Assembly: GCA_963513295.1 (NCBI GenBank)
Contig: CAUPQO010000001.1
Location: 4,367-68,366, forward strand
Direction: 5' to 3'
DNA from: an uncultured Hylemonella sp.
Lineage (GTDB): Bacteria; Pseudomonadota; Gammaproteobacteria; Burkholderiales; Burkholderiaceae_C
Length of the DNA stretch: 64,000 nucleotides
Numbering within the stretch: the first letter of the stretch is position 1; every line of letters begins with the position of its first letter. The translations under genes were made by a program, and so were the position numbers. The notes beneath the pieces are model-generated. The model did not search any database. It had not been told where the DNA came from and saw only the letters and a program-made list of their open reading frames with translations. Below are positions 10,105 through 20,672 of this stretch, one piece after another.

Positions 10105-10476
10105 ATGGAGGCCGAGGAACTGATCCCCCTGTGCAACTCGGCTGACCTGGCCGACGGCGGCCTGGGTGTGCCTTTCGATGTGGTCTATGGCGGCCAGACC
10201 TGCCGTGCCTTTGCCATCCGCTACGCGGGACGAGCGCAGGCTTACCTGAACCGCTGCACGCACGTGGCCATGGAGCTGGATTACCAGCCCAACCATTTTT
10301 TCGACATCACCGGCCACTGGCTGATCTGCTCCACGCATGGCGCCCTCTATTCGCCCGAGTCCGGCGCCTGCCGCGGCGGGCCCTGCCGTGGCGGACTGGT
10401 CAAGATCGCCCTGACGGAGCACGATGGTGTCGTGCACTGGCATACTGCCTACAACCTGAAACCCCTCGAGTTCTGA
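10105..10476 (+). CDS. Rieske [2Fe-2S] protein
   Basis: NRCTH ... CSTHGALY motifs. Confidence 0.9.
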   Translation: MEAEELIPLCNSADLADGGLGVPFDVVYGGQTCRAFAIRYAGRAQAYLNRCTHVAMELDYQPNHFFDITGHWLICSTHGALYSPESGACRGGPCRGGLVKIALTEHDGVVHWHTAYNLKPLEF

Positions 10477-10477
10477 C

Positions 10478-11470
10478 ATGAGTGACAACTTTGGCGCCGA
10501 ATCCGGCAGCCCTAAACAGGAAGCATCCACGTCCGCGGCCCAGGCCCCGGGCTGGGAGCGCGCCGTGCTGGAAAAACTGGCCTTTGCCGCGCTGGAGGAA
10601 CAGCGCGCGGCACGGCGCTGGAAGATCATCAGCCGTCTGGGCTGGCTGGCTGTTTTCGGGGTGCTGGTCTGGCTGGTCGCCGGTCTGGGGAACTCGGGGT
10701 CTGCACCCAGCACGCGCCACACCGCCCTGGTGGAGATCCAGGGTGAAATTGCCTCGGACAGCGAGGCCAGCGCCGATCTGGTGGTGGGCGCGATCCGCAA
10801 CGCCTTCGAGGACCATGGGGCCCAGGCCGTGGTGCTGCTGATCAACTCGCCCGGCGGCAGTCCGGTGCAGGCCGGCATCATCAACGACGAAATCCGCCGT
10901 CTCAAGGCCAAGCACAACAAGCCGGTCTACGCCGTGGTGGAAGAGGCCTGTGCTTCGGCGGCCTATTACATCGCCGTCTCGGCTGACAAGATCTACGTGG
11001 ACAAGGCCAGCATCGTGGGCAGCATAGGCGTGCTCATGGACGGCTTCGGTTTCACCGGGCTGATGGACAAGCTGGGCGTCGAGCGCCGCCTCATGACGGC
11101 CGGCGAGAACAAGGGCTTTCTCGATCCCTTCAGCCCGCAGACCGAGAAGCAGCGCGCCTTTGCCCAGGCCATGCTGGACCAGATCCACAAACAGTTCATC
11201 GACGTGGTCAAGACCGGGCGCGGCAAGCGCCTGAAGGAGACGCCGGACATGTTCAGCGGCCTGTTCTGGACCGGCCAGCAGGCCGTGGACCTGGGCCTGG
11301 CCGACCAGCTGGGCAACCTGGACTACGTGGCGCGCGAGGTGGTCAAGGCCGAGGAGATCGTCGACTACACGCGCCATCCGAATGTGGCCGAACGTCTGAT
11401 CAAGCGCTTTGGCGCAGCGATCGGTGATGGCTCGGTCAAGGCTGTGCGCGCACAGCCTGCCTGGCGCTGA
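10478..11470 (+). CDS. S49-family peptidase (SppA-like)
   Basis: INSPGGSP, ASAAYYIA, VGSIGV. Confidence 0.9.
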   Translation: MSDNFGAESGSPKQEASTSAAQAPGWERAVLEKLAFAALEEQRAARRWKIISRLGWLAVFGVLVWLVAGLGNSGSAPSTRHTALVEIQGEIASDSEASADLVVGAIRNAFEDHGAQAVVLLINSPGGSPVQAGIINDEIRRLKAKHNKPVYAVVEEACASAAYYIAVSADKIYVDKASIVGSIGVLMDGFGFTGLMDKLGVERRLMTAGENKGFLDPFSPQTEKQRAFAQAMLDQIHKQFIDVVKTGRGKRLKETPDMFSGLFWTGQQAVDLGLADQLGNLDYVAREVVKAEEIVDYTRHPNVAERLIKRFGAAIGDGSVKAVRAQPAWR

Positions 11471-11485
11471 GCCGGGATTTGCGCG

Positions 11486-12685
11486 TCAAGCCGGACGGCC
11501 GGGCCCTTGGCCTGCACCCTGCGCGGTTGCGGAGGGGCGCTGCTGGTAGCCGTAGATCCGTTCCGGAGGCATGCGGGCGACCAGCGTCTTGTCGGCCACG
11601 GCCCCGACGATGGCGTACGGCGCCTGGGAGGTGTCGCGCTGGACGGTGTGGACCGTCGGGTAACCCTTGTCATCGGTGATGGATGCCACGATGGGGCATT
11701 TCACGCTGTCGGTGCGTCGCATCACGACCCCGATCTCTCCGCTGCTCAGTTTCACGACCTCGCCTGGCGGGTAGAGTCCGAACTCCTTGATGACGGCCGA
11801 TGAGAGTGGGCCGCCATGGTCTTCACGGAACAGCTGCCGGGCCGCCTCCTGGATCGGCAGTGCGGCCCGCAGTTTGCGGGGACTGATCTTGGCGGTGAAG
11901 ACATCGGCGACACGCAAGGCGACCGCCAGGTCGGTGGGATCGGTCCTGCCCTGCGGATAACCGTTGCCATCCGCATGCTCGTGGTGCTGGGCGATGGCCG
12001 TCAACCAGTCGCCATCGGTGACGCCGGCCTCGGTCAGCCATTGGACCGCCAGTTCCGGGTGCGCGTGGATCTGCGTTTTCTGGCTTTCACGCATGGGCTC
12101 TTCCTGCTCGGCCATCACACCCTGCAGCTGCAGGATGGGCATGTTCATGGTGAGTGCGGCGTGGACCAGGCTCAGGTTCCTGGCTTGCGGCCACTGCAGC
12201 CGGCGCGCCATCAGCAGGCAGATAACGGACGCATGGATGGCGTGGTTGTAGCCGTAGTAGTAGAGGTGCGCCGATTCCTGCCGGACCATGTGATACAGGG
12301 CCATGTCCACGTCCTGGTCCACCAGATCGATCAGCCGGTGGGCAAAGTCGGTGATCTGGGGCAGCGCGGGCGGCATCTCCGGCAGCTTGGCCATGAGCTG
12401 GTGCATCTGCTCGGTACTCTGGTCCCACAGGCTGAACAGATTTTCCGGGCGTTTCAGGGCGGAGAGTTTGGCGCGCTCTTTTTCGGCCAGGTCCGCCAGG
12501 TGAGCGACCGCACGGGCTTCCTCGAAATCGACGAACGCACCACGGGTCAGCAGCGCATCGAGTTGTTCCTCGCTCTCGACGATGTGGCCCCGCGACAGCA
12601 GGAGCCGGGTGCTCTCGTCACGGATATTCCATGGCAAGGGTTCCCCGAGCCTGACCTTCGAGCGGGGCAGTCGAAGCAGCTTCAT
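11486..12685 (-). CDS. HD-GYP-domain protein with degenerate HD site
   Basis: HHEHADGNGYPQG, ADVF, YPPG..VKL..GEIGVV; HD position reads AALTMNM. Confidence 0.8.
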   Translation of the reverse strand: MKLLRLPRSKVRLGEPLPWNIRDESTRLLLSRGHIVESEEQLDALLTRGAFVDFEEARAVAHLADLAEKERAKLSALKRPENLFSLWDQSTEQMHQLMAKLPEMPPALPQITDFAHRLIDLVDQDVDMALYHMVRQESAHLYYYGYNHAIHASVICLLMARRLQWPQARNLSLVHAALTMNMPILQLQGVMAEQEEPMRESQKTQIHAHPELAVQWLTEAGVTDGDWLTAIAQHHEHADGNGYPQGRTDPTDLAVALRVADVFTAKISPRKLRAALPIQEAARQLFREDHGGPLSSAVIKEFGLYPPGEVVKLSSGEIGVVMRRTDSVKCPIVASITDDKGYPTVHTVQRDTSQAPYAIVGAVADKTLVARMPPERIYGYQQRPSATAQGAGQGPGRPA

Positions 12686-12744
12686 GCCGGACCATTATGG
12701 GGAAGATCCTCCTGGGCAACAAGCGGGGTTGCCCCGCGATGGGG

Positions 12745-13509
12745 TCAGCGTCCGATGGCGTAGACCGCCGGCGTATCTTTGTCCGGCACCAGCGGCTGCT
12801 GCTTCCAGTTCTTGACGGTGTCGCTGCGCAGCTGCGCGGTGGCCAGTGTCAGCCCGCTGGCCACCGCCAGACGGGTGTTGTGCTGCAGGGTCTTGAGCAG
12901 GGCTTCCTGCAACGCGGCGTTGCGGTAGGGCGTTTCGATGAAGAGCTGGGTCTGGCCGCTTTTGAGCGCCAGCGACTCCAGTTCGCGGATGCGCGTGGCG
13001 CGCTCGGTGGCGTCCTGCGGCAGGTAACCGACGAAGGCAAAGTTCTGGCCCGACAGGCCGCTGGCGGCCAGTGCCAGCAGCAACGAGACCGGGCCGACCA
13101 GGGGGATGACTTCAATACCCAGTTCGTGCGCTGCGCGCACGACAGACGAGCCCGGGTCGGCCACGGCCGGCATGCCAGCCTCGCTCAGCAGTCCGATGTC
13201 ATGGCCGGCCAGGGCCGGGGCCAGTAGAGGGCGGGCGTCGAAACTGGTGCTGCCGTGGTCACCCTTCTTGTGGACTTCGCGCGGCAATTCCTGGAGGTCC
13301 AGCGCCTGTAGCGTATTGGCCAGGGGGTGCAGTTCGCCAACGCGTTTGAGGTAGGCGCGGGCGCTCTTGGCGTTTTCGCAGATCCAGTGCTGCAACCGTG
13401 CGGCCGTGGCCAGTGTGCCGGCAGGCAGCACGTCGGTCAGGGGCGTCTGTGCTTTACAGCCGAAGTCCAGCGGTGCCGGCACCAGATAGAGCTTGCCGGG
13501 CGTTGTCAT
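12745..13509 (-). CDS. SAM-dependent methyltransferase, tetrapyrrole methylase/RsmI-like
   Basis: GKLYLVP, SEAGMPAVADPG, GPVSLLLALAASGLSGQNF, FIETPYRN. Confidence 0.85.
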   Translation of the reverse strand: MTTPGKLYLVPAPLDFGCKAQTPLTDVLPAGTLATAARLQHWICENAKSARAYLKRVGELHPLANTLQALDLQELPREVHKKGDHGSTSFDARPLLAPALAGHDIGLLSEAGMPAVADPGSSVVRAAHELGIEVIPLVGPVSLLLALAASGLSGQNFAFVGYLPQDATERATRIRELESLALKSGQTQLFIETPYRNAALQEALLKTLQHNTRLAVASGLTLATAQLRSDTVKNWKQQPLVPDKDTPAVYAIGR

Positions 13510-14120
13510 GCGGCGCTTCGGGAGGGTGTCAGCAGTGACAGCCCGGCTGCCTGCAGCAGCCGCGCCGTGCGGATGAGCGGCAGGCCGATCAGTGCCGTGG
13601 GGTCGTCGCTCTCGATGGATTCCAGCAGCGCAATGCCCAGACCCTCGCTTTTGGCGCTGCCGGCGCAGTCATAAGGCGTTTCGGCGCGCAGGTAGAACTC
13701 GATCTCTGCGTCCGTCAGTTGGCGAAAGCGTACGTGAACCGGTGCCAGCTCGGCCTGTTCGAAGCCGCTGTCCTGGCAGACCACGGCCACGGCCGTCTGG
13801 AACACCACGGTGTGGCCGCGCATGCGGCGTAGCTGGGCCACGGCGCGCTCGTGCGTGCCGGGTTTGCCCAGCGCTTCGCCGTCCAGGTCGGCGACCTGGT
13901 CCGAGCCGATCACCACGGCTGCCGGATGGCGTGCGGCCACCGCGCGCGCCTTGGCCAGCGCCAGGCGCAGGGCCAGATCACGGGGCGTTTCATCCGGCCG
14001 GGGGGTTTCGTCGACCTCGGGTGAAGACACCTCGAAGGGCAGGCGCAGGCGGGCCAGCAGTTCGCGGCGGTAGGACGAGGTCGAGCCGAGGATCAGGGGG
14101 CGGGCGGCGGGGGCGGTCAT
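13506..14120 (-). CDS. Maf-family nucleotide pyrophosphatase (YceF-like)
   Basis: LILGSTSSYRRELL, IGSDQV, DCAGSAKSEGLG, LIGLPL. Confidence 0.9.
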   Translation of the reverse strand: MTAPAARPLILGSTSSYRRELLARLRLPFEVSSPEVDETPRPDETPRDLALRLALAKARAVAARHPAAVVIGSDQVADLDGEALGKPGTHERAVAQLRRMRGHTVVFQTAVAVVCQDSGFEQAELAPVHVRFRQLTDAEIEFYLRAETPYDCAGSAKSEGLGIALLESIESDDPTALIGLPLIRTARLLQAAGLSLLTPSRSAA

Positions 14121-14145
14121 GCGTCGATTCTCTTACACTGCGGTC

Positions 14146-14694
14146 ATGACCCAAGAGTTTCATGCGCGCCGGCTGGATATCCAGGCCTTTGCCCAGGCAG
14201 GGGCATCGCTGTCCGGTTGTGATTTGCTATCAAAATATGAGCGCCTACTGGCCGAAACCGGCGGGCAGGGGGCGGACCGCCCGGTGCAGTGGGAGGCACA
14301 CGGTGAACTGCTGGCCCACGCCAGCGGGCAGGGGCAGATCTGGCTGCATCTGAGCGCCCGGACCAGCCTGCCGCTGACTTGCCAGCGTTGCCTGGGGCCG
14401 GCCGATATCGGGGTGGCGGTGGAGCGTTCTTTCCGTTTCGTCGCCAGCGAAAAGCAAGCCGAAGCCGAGGACGAAGAGGCCGAGGAGGATGTGCTGGCCT
14501 TGAGTCGGGACTTCAATCTCCATGAACTGATCGAGGACGAACTGCTGATGGAGTTGCCCGTGGTGCCGCGCCACGAGGTGTGCCCGACCGAGGTCAAGCT
14601 CGTCGCCCAGGATGCCGATTTCGAGGCGGCCCAGGCCGATAAGCCCAATCCCTTTGCCGCCCTGGCCGGGCTCAAGGGTGGCAAGCCTGGCTGA
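14146..14694 (+). CDS. yceD: YceD/DUF177 ribosome-assembly protein
   Basis: CQRCL, LIEDELLMELP, NPFAALAGLK; upstream of rpmF. Confidence 0.88.
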   Translation: MTQEFHARRLDIQAFAQAGASLSGCDLLSKYERLLAETGGQGADRPVQWEAHGELLAHASGQGQIWLHLSARTSLPLTCQRCLGPADIGVAVERSFRFVASEKQAEAEDEEAEEDVLALSRDFNLHELIEDELLMELPVVPRHEVCPTEVKLVAQDADFEAAQADKPNPFAALAGLKGGKPG

Positions 14695-14727
14695 AGTGAT
14701 TGGGCTTGGTTTGTGAAACTGGCCTGG

Positions 14728-14749
14728 AATCAACAAGTTAGGCTATAAT
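14728..14749 (+). promoter_or_regulatory. rpmF promoter: IHF-like site and -10 TATAAT
   Basis: AATCAACAAGTTA at 14728-14740; TATAAT at 14744-14749. Confidence 0.55.
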
Positions 14750-14768
14750 TCGTGGTTTCGCGCAGCCC

Positions 14769-14813
14769 CAACCTGTGCCGAGCCGTCCAACCCTTGAACA
14801 ACCTGTGCCGAGC
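14769..14813 (+). repeat. Perfect 15-nt direct repeat, 30-nt period, in rpmF leader
   Basis: CAACCTGTGCCGAGC at 14769 and 14799. Confidence 0.85.
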
Positions 14814-14847
14814 GTCCGTCGCGCGGCCTGATTACCAGGAGCCAACC

Positions 14848-15030
14848 ATGGCAGTCCAGCAAAACAAGAAGTCGCCCTCCAAGCGCGGCATGCACCGTTC
14901 GCACAACGCCCTGAACGTGCCCGGCATCGCTGTCGAGCCGACCACGGGTGAGACCCACCTGCGTCACCATATCAGCCCCAACGGCTTCTACCGTGGCCGC
15001 AAGGTGCTGAAGACCAAATCCGAAGCCTGA
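14848..15030 (+). CDS. rpmF: 50S ribosomal protein L32
   Basis: [19 protein letters not shown]...[17 protein letters not shown]; AGGAG SD. Confidence 0.97.
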   Translation: MAVQQNKKSPSKRGMHRSHNALNVPGIAVEPTTGETHLRHHISPNGFYRGRKVLKTKSEA

Positions 15031-15043
15031 TCATTCCAGGTTG

Positions 15044-15084
15044 CAAAGGGCCCGACGCTACAACGCAGGTAGCTCGGGCCTTTG
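15044..15084 (+). terminator. Hairpin after rpmF (leaky terminator or stabiliser)
   Basis: CAAAGGGCCCGA...TCGGGCCTTTG followed by TCTT. Confidence 0.5.
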
Positions 15085-15140
15085 TCTTGATGCTGAGCGT
15101 CTTTCCCGGTCTTTACCGCGCCTGATCGCGCTGCCAACCC

Positions 15141-16166
15141 ATGATCACGATTGCTGTGGACTGCATGGGGGGCGATCACGGCCCCCGCGTCACGCTGGCG
15201 GCGTGCCGCAACTTCCTTGACCATCACCCGGATGCCGAGTTGCTCCTGGTCGGCCTGCCCGACCGCCTGAGCGGCCCCGCCCATGCGCGTGCCCGTGTGG
15301 TGCCCGCCAGCGAGGTGGTGGGCATGGACGATCCGATCGAGGTGGCGCTGCGCCGCAAGAAGGACTCTTCGATGCGCGTGGCCATCGAGCAGGTCAAGGC
15401 CGGAGTTGCGCAGGCGGCGGTTTCCGCCGGTAATACCGGCGCCCTGATGGCGATTGCCCGTTATGTGCTCAAGACGGTCGAGGGGATTGACCGCCCGGCC
15501 ATTGCCACCCAGTTGCCCAATGCCGCCGGTGGGGCCACCACGGTCCTGGACCTGGGGGCGAACGTGGATTGCACGGCCGAACACCTGCTGCAGTTTGCCG
15601 TCATGGGATCGGCCCTGGTCTCGGTCCTGCGCAATGATCCCAACCCTTCGGTAGGACTGCTCAATATTGGCGAGGAAGTCATCAAGGGAAGCGAAGTCAT
15701 CAAAAAAGCCGGTGAATTGCTTCGATCTGCAGCTAACTCTGGCGATTTGAATTTTTACGGCAACGTTGAAGGCAACGATATCTTCAAGGGCACCACGGAT
15801 ATCGTGGTCTGCGATGGTTTCGTGGGCAATGTGGCGCTGAAAGCCAGCGAGGGCCTGGCTTCGATGATTGGGGGCTTCCTCAAGCAGGAGTTCTCGCGCA
15901 ATATTTTTACGAAAATTGCGGCCATCTGCGCCCTTCCGGTTCTTTCAGCATTTAAAAAGCGGGTTGACCATCGCCGCTACAACGGCGCGGCCCTGCTGGG
16001 CTTGCGTGGGCTGGTGTTCAAGAGCCATGGTTCGGCCGACGAACTTGCTTTTGAGCAGGCCCTTAACCGCGCGTATGATGCAGCCCGGAACAAGCTGCTT
16101 GAGCGGGTCCAGGCCCGTATCGCGCATGCCGCTCCGCTGTTGGCCGGCGTGGCCGCCGCGGAGTAG
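15141..16166 (+). CDS. plsX: Phosphate acyltransferase PlsX
   Basis: [37 protein letters not shown]. Confidence 0.96.
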   Translation: MITIAVDCMGGDHGPRVTLAACRNFLDHHPDAELLLVGLPDRLSGPAHARARVVPASEVVGMDDPIEVALRRKKDSSMRVAIEQVKAGVAQAAVSAGNTGALMAIARYVLKTVEGIDRPAIATQLPNAAGGATTVLDLGANVDCTAEHLLQFAVMGSALVSVLRNDPNPSVGLLNIGEEVIKGSEVIKKAGELLRSAANSGDLNFYGNVEGNDIFKGTTDIVVCDGFVGNVALKASEGLASMIGGFLKQEFSRNIFTKIAAICALPVLSAFKKRVDHRRYNGAALLGLRGLVFKSHGSADELAFEQALNRAYDAARNKLLERVQARIAHAAPLLAGVAAAE

Positions 16167-16214
16167 CCCGGGCGGGCTGCCTGGCCGGCCCTGGAACCCA
16201 CTACTGAAACATCC

Positions 16215-17192
16215 ATGAGACGTTATTCCCGCATCACCGGTACCGGCAGCTTTCTGCCGCCCAAGCGCCTGAGCAATGCCGACCTGGTGGCCCAGCTGGC
16301 CGCCGATGGCGTTGAGAGTTCCGACGAATGGATCGTCGAGCGCACCGGCATCCGCGCGCGCCATTTCGCCGAGACCGGCGTGACCAGCAGCGACCTGGGC
16401 GCCGAGGCCGCGCGCCGCGCGCTGGACGCTGCCGGCGTGGCGGCCAAGGACATCGACCTGATCATCGTGGCGACCTCGACGCCGGACATGGTCTTTCCCT
16501 CGGCGGCCTGCATCCTGCAGAACAAGATCGGTGCCAACGGCTGCCCGGCCTTCGATGTCCAGGCAGTCTGCAGCGGCTTTGTGTATGCCCTGACCGTGGC
16601 CGACGCCATGATCAAAAGCGGTGCGGCGAGCCGGGCGCTGGTGATCGGTGCCGAAGTCTTCTCGCGCATCATCGATTTCAAGGACCGGACCACCTGCGTG
16701 CTGTTCGGTGACGGTGCAGGGGCGGTCGTACTGGAAGCCTCGGACGAGCCGGGCCTGCTGGCCAGCGACCTGCACGCCGATGGCAAGCATGTCGACATCC
16801 TGTGCACGCCGGGGCATGTCTGCGGCGGCATCGTGCTGGGCGACCCGCTGCTCAAGATGGACGGCCAGGCGGTCTTCAAGCTGGCCGTGGGCGTGCTGGA
16901 AGAGACGGCCCGTGCGGTGCTGGCCAAGGCTGGCAAGCAGGAAAGCGACATCGACTGGCTGATCCCGCACCAGGCCAATATCCGCATCATGACGGGCACG
17001 GCCAAGAAGCTGAAGCTGCCCATGGACAAGGTGATCGTCACCGTGGACCAGCATGGCAACACCTCGGCGGCCTCGATTCCGCTGGCCCTGGATGCGGGCG
17101 TGCGCAGCGGTCGTGTCAAGCCGGGTGATCTGGTCATGCTCGAGGGCGTCGGCGGCGGCTTCACCTGGGGCTCGGTCCTGCTGAAAATGTAG
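16215..17192 (+). CDS. fabH: Beta-ketoacyl-ACP synthase III
   Basis: [31 protein letters not shown]. Confidence 0.96.
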   Translation: MRRYSRITGTGSFLPPKRLSNADLVAQLAADGVESSDEWIVERTGIRARHFAETGVTSSDLGAEAARRALDAAGVAAKDIDLIIVATSTPDMVFPSAACILQNKIGANGCPAFDVQAVCSGFVYALTVADAMIKSGAASRALVIGAEVFSRIIDFKDRTTCVLFGDGAGAVVLEASDEPGLLASDLHADGKHVDILCTPGHVCGGIVLGDPLLKMDGQAVFKLAVGVLEETARAVLAKAGKQESDIDWLIPHQANIRIMTGTAKKLKLPMDKVIVTVDQHGNTSAASIPLALDAGVRSGRVKPGDLVMLEGVGGGFTWGSVLLKM

Positions 17193-17251
17193 GCAGGGGC
17201 TGCCACACAGGGCAGCCCCACTCCCAACCACACACTCTTCAAGTCAACACC

Positions 17252-18202
17252 ATGAAACCGTTTGCCTTTGTCTTCCCGGGCCAGGGTTCGCAGTCGGTCG
17301 GCATGCTCGACGCCTGGGGCGATCACCCCGAGGTGCGTGAAGCCTTGCACGAAGCCTCCGAGGCGCTGGGCGAAAACCTGGCCCAACTGATCAAGGACGG
17401 CCCCAAGGAAGCCCTGGCGCTGACCACGAATACCCAACCCGTCATGCTGGTGGCCGGCGTGGCCGCCTACCGTGTCTGGATGAGCGAGACCGGTGTGGCG
17501 CCGGCAGCCGTGGCCGGCCATTCCCTGGGCGAATACTCGGCCATGGTGGCCGCTGGCGTGCTGACGCTGTCGCAGGCTGTGCCGCTGGTGCGCTTCCGTG
17601 CGCAGGCCATGCAGGAAGCCGTGCCGGTAGGGACCGGCGCCATGGCCGCCATTCTGGGCATGGACGCAGCCAAGGTGATCGCCGGTTGCGCCGAGGTGGT
17701 GCAATCCTTTGGTCCGGATTCGAGCGAGGTGGTCGAAGCCGTGAATTTCAATGATCCGGCCCAGACCGTGATCGCCGGTTCCAAGGCGGCGGTGGAGAAG
17801 GCCTGCGAAGTGCTCAAGGCCAACGGTGCCAAGCGCGCCCTGTCACTGCCGGTGTCGGCACCCTTCCACTCCAGCCTCATGAAACCGGCCGCCGAGAAGC
17901 TGCGCGAGCGTCTGGAGGATGTGGAACTGGGCGAGCCGCAGATCACCCTCATCAACAACATCGACGTGACGGTCGAGGTCGACGCCGACCGGATCCGCGA
18001 CGCCCTTTATCGCCAGGCTTTCGGGCCGGTGCGCTGGGTGGAGTGCGTGCAGGCCATCAAGGCGCATGGCATGACCCACATCGTGGAATGCGGTCCGGGC
18101 AAGGTGCTGGCCGGCATGGTCAAGCGCATCGACCCCGAATTGATCGGCATGGCCCTGTTCGATCCCTCCACGCTGACAGAAGTCCAAGGAGCTTTGGCAT
18201 GA
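17252..18202 (+). CDS. fabD: Malonyl-CoA:ACP transacylase
   Basis: FPGQGSQ, GHSLGEY, VSAPFHS. Confidence 0.96.
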   Translation: MKPFAFVFPGQGSQSVGMLDAWGDHPEVREALHEASEALGENLAQLIKDGPKEALALTTNTQPVMLVAGVAAYRVWMSETGVAPAAVAGHSLGEYSAMVAAGVLTLSQAVPLVRFRAQAMQEAVPVGTGAMAAILGMDAAKVIAGCAEVVQSFGPDSSEVVEAVNFNDPAQTVIAGSKAAVEKACEVLKANGAKRALSLPVSAPFHSSLMKPAAEKLRERLEDVELGEPQITLINNIDVTVEVDADRIRDALYRQAFGPVRWVECVQAIKAHGMTHIVECGPGKVLAGMVKRIDPELIGMALFDPSTLTEVQGALA

Positions 18203-18945
18203 GTGAGATGAAATTCGACGGCCAGGTGGCCCTGGTCACCGGCGCTTCGCGCGGCATTGGTGCGGCCATCGCGCACGAGCTGGCCCATCAGGGCCTCAAG
18301 GTCATCGGTACCGCCACCAGCGACGACGGGGCCGCCAGGATCAGCGCTGCCCTGGCGGCCTTCAATGGCTGCAAGGGCATCAAGCTCAACGTCAACGACG
18401 CGGCAGGCTGCGAGGCCGCCATCGATGTCATCGTCAAGGAACACGGTGCTCTGCACGTGCTGGTCAACAACGCCGGTATCACGCGTGACAACCTGGCCAT
18501 GCGCATGAAGGATGGCGAGTGGGACGAGGTGCTGGACACCAATCTCAAGGCTGTTTTCCGCATGAGCCGGGCCGTGATGCGCACCATGATGAAGCAGCGT
18601 TACGGCCGCATCATCAGCATCACCTCGGTCGTCGGCGCCTCGGGCAATCCGGGTCAGGCCAACTACGCGGCTGCCAAGGCCGGTGTGGCCGGCATGACGC
18701 GGGCCTTGGCGAGAGAGCTCGGTACGCGCAACATCACGGTGAATTGCGTCGCGCCGGGTTTCATCGAAACCGACATGACGGCCCACCTGCCTGAAGAGCA
18801 GCAGAAAGCCCTGCTGGGACAGATTCCGCTGGGCCATCTGGGCAAGCCGGCCGACATTGCGCACGCGGTGGCCTACCTGGCCTCGCCGCATGCGGGCTAC
18901 GTGACGGGGCAGGAGTTGCACGTCAATGGCGGCATGTACATGTAA
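18199..18945 (+). CDS. fabG: 3-oxoacyl-ACP reductase
   Basis: TGASRGIG, NNAGITRD, YAAAK; ATGA overlap with fabD. Confidence 0.96.
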   Translation: MSEMKFDGQVALVTGASRGIGAAIAHELAHQGLKVIGTATSDDGAARISAALAAFNGCKGIKLNVNDAAGCEAAIDVIVKEHGALHVLVNNAGITRDNLAMRMKDGEWDEVLDTNLKAVFRMSRAVMRTMMKQRYGRIISITSVVGASGNPGQANYAAAKAGVAGMTRALARELGTRNITVNCVAPGFIETDMTAHLPEEQQKALLGQIPLGHLGKPADIAHAVAYLASPHAGYVTGQELHVNGGMYM

Positions 18946-18983
18946 CGAGACAAGAATCAAGCCGAATTATCCGTACGGCAGCA

Positions 18984-19291
<308 letters not shown>

Positions 19292-19406
19292 TGGCCAACC
19301 GGCGGTTGCGGCGCAGCCGTGCCGCCCGCCTCTGCAAGCGGCCTGTCCATCCGGATGGGGTCTTCCGCTTGCGGTGGTTCCTGTTTCCTAGCCTGCACAG
19401 AAAACT

Positions 19407-20651
19407 ATGTCCCGTCGTCGCGTCGTCGTAACAGGTATGGGCTGTATCAGCCCGGTCGGCAATACCGTGGCCGAGTCCTGGTCCAGCCTGCTGGCCGGTC
19501 GCTCCGGCATCGATCTGATCACCAAGTTCGATGCCGGCAACTTCGCCTGCAAGTTCGCCGGCGAAGTCAAAGGTTTCGAGCTGGAGAAGTACATCGGCAG
19601 CAAGGAAGCGCGCACGATGGACACCTTCATCCACTACGGCATCGCCGCTGCCGTGCAGGCGGTCGAAGACGCTGGTCTGCCCACCGGTGCAGGTCTGAAC
19701 GAAGAGCAGGCCGTGCGCATCGGCTGCCTGATCGGCTCGGGCATCGGTGGCCTGCCGCTGATCGAAGAGACACATGCGGAGTACACGAGTCGTGGTCCGC
19801 GTCGCATTTCCCCGTTTTTCGTGCCGGCGTCCATCATCAACATGATTTCCGGTCATGTCTCGATGCGCTATGGTTTCAAGGGACCGAATCTGGCCATCGT
19901 CACGGCCTGCACCACGGGTCTGCACAGCATCGGCCAGGCGGGTCGCCTGATCGAGTACGGCGACGCCGATGTGATGATTGCCGGCGGTGCCGAGGCCACG
20001 GTGTCGCCCCTGGGCGTGGGTGGTTTTGCCGCCATGCGTGCGCTGTCCACCCGCAACGATGATCCCAAGACGGCTTCGCGCCCCTGGGACAAGGACCGCG
20101 ACGGCTTTGTGCTGGGCGAGGGGGCGGGTGTCATGGTGCTCGAAGAGTACGAGCATGCCAAGGCCCGCGGCGCCAGGATCTATGCCGAACTGTCCGGTTT
20201 CGGCATGAGTGCCGACGCCGGCCATATGACGGCGCCCAATATGGACGGCCCGCGCCGCGCCATGCTGGGGGCCATGCGCAATGCCGGTGTCAACGCCGAT
20301 CAGGTCGATTACCTGAATGCCCATGGAACCTCGACGCCGCTGGGTGACATCAACGAAACCAACGCCATCAAGGCGGCGCTGGGTGAGCACGCGAAGAAGA
20401 CCGTGGTCAATTCGACCAAATCCATGACCGGTCACCTGCTGGGCGGGGCCGGCGGTATCGAGTCGGTCTTTACCGTACTCGCGCTGCATCACCAGAAGAG
20501 CCCGCCGACCATCAACATCTTCAACCAGGATCCGGAGTGTGATCTCGACTACTGCGCCAATACTGCGCGGGACATGAAGATCGACGTCGCGGTGAAGAAC
20601 AACTTCGGTTTCGGCGGAACCAACGGTACCCTGGTGTTCAAGCGCATCTGA
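19407..20651 (+). CDS. fabF: Beta-ketoacyl-ACP synthase II
   Basis: [35 protein letters not shown]. Confidence 0.96.
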   Translation: MSRRRVVVTGMGCISPVGNTVAESWSSLLAGRSGIDLITKFDAGNFACKFAGEVKGFELEKYIGSKEARTMDTFIHYGIAAAVQAVEDAGLPTGAGLNEEQAVRIGCLIGSGIGGLPLIEETHAEYTSRGPRRISPFFVPASIINMISGHVSMRYGFKGPNLAIVTACTTGLHSIGQAGRLIEYGDADVMIAGGAEATVSPLGVGGFAAMRALSTRNDDPKTASRPWDKDRDGFVLGEGAGVMVLEEYEHAKARGARIYAELSGFGMSADAGHMTAPNMDGPRRAMLGAMRNAGVNADQVDYLNAHGTSTPLGDINETNAIKAALGEHAKKTVVNSTKSMTGHLLGGAGGIESVFTVLALHHQKSPPTINIFNQDPECDLDYCANTARDMKIDVAVKNNFGFGGTNGTLVFKRI

Positions 20652-20672
20652 CGCGCAGCATCCGCCAGCCAT

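Noticed and set aside
14769-14813. Mini CRISPR array
   Set aside because: Only two 15-nt copies with a 15-nt spacer and no cas genes
14848-15030. L32 lacking zinc-binding cysteines
   Set aside because: Normal for beta- and gammaproteobacteria
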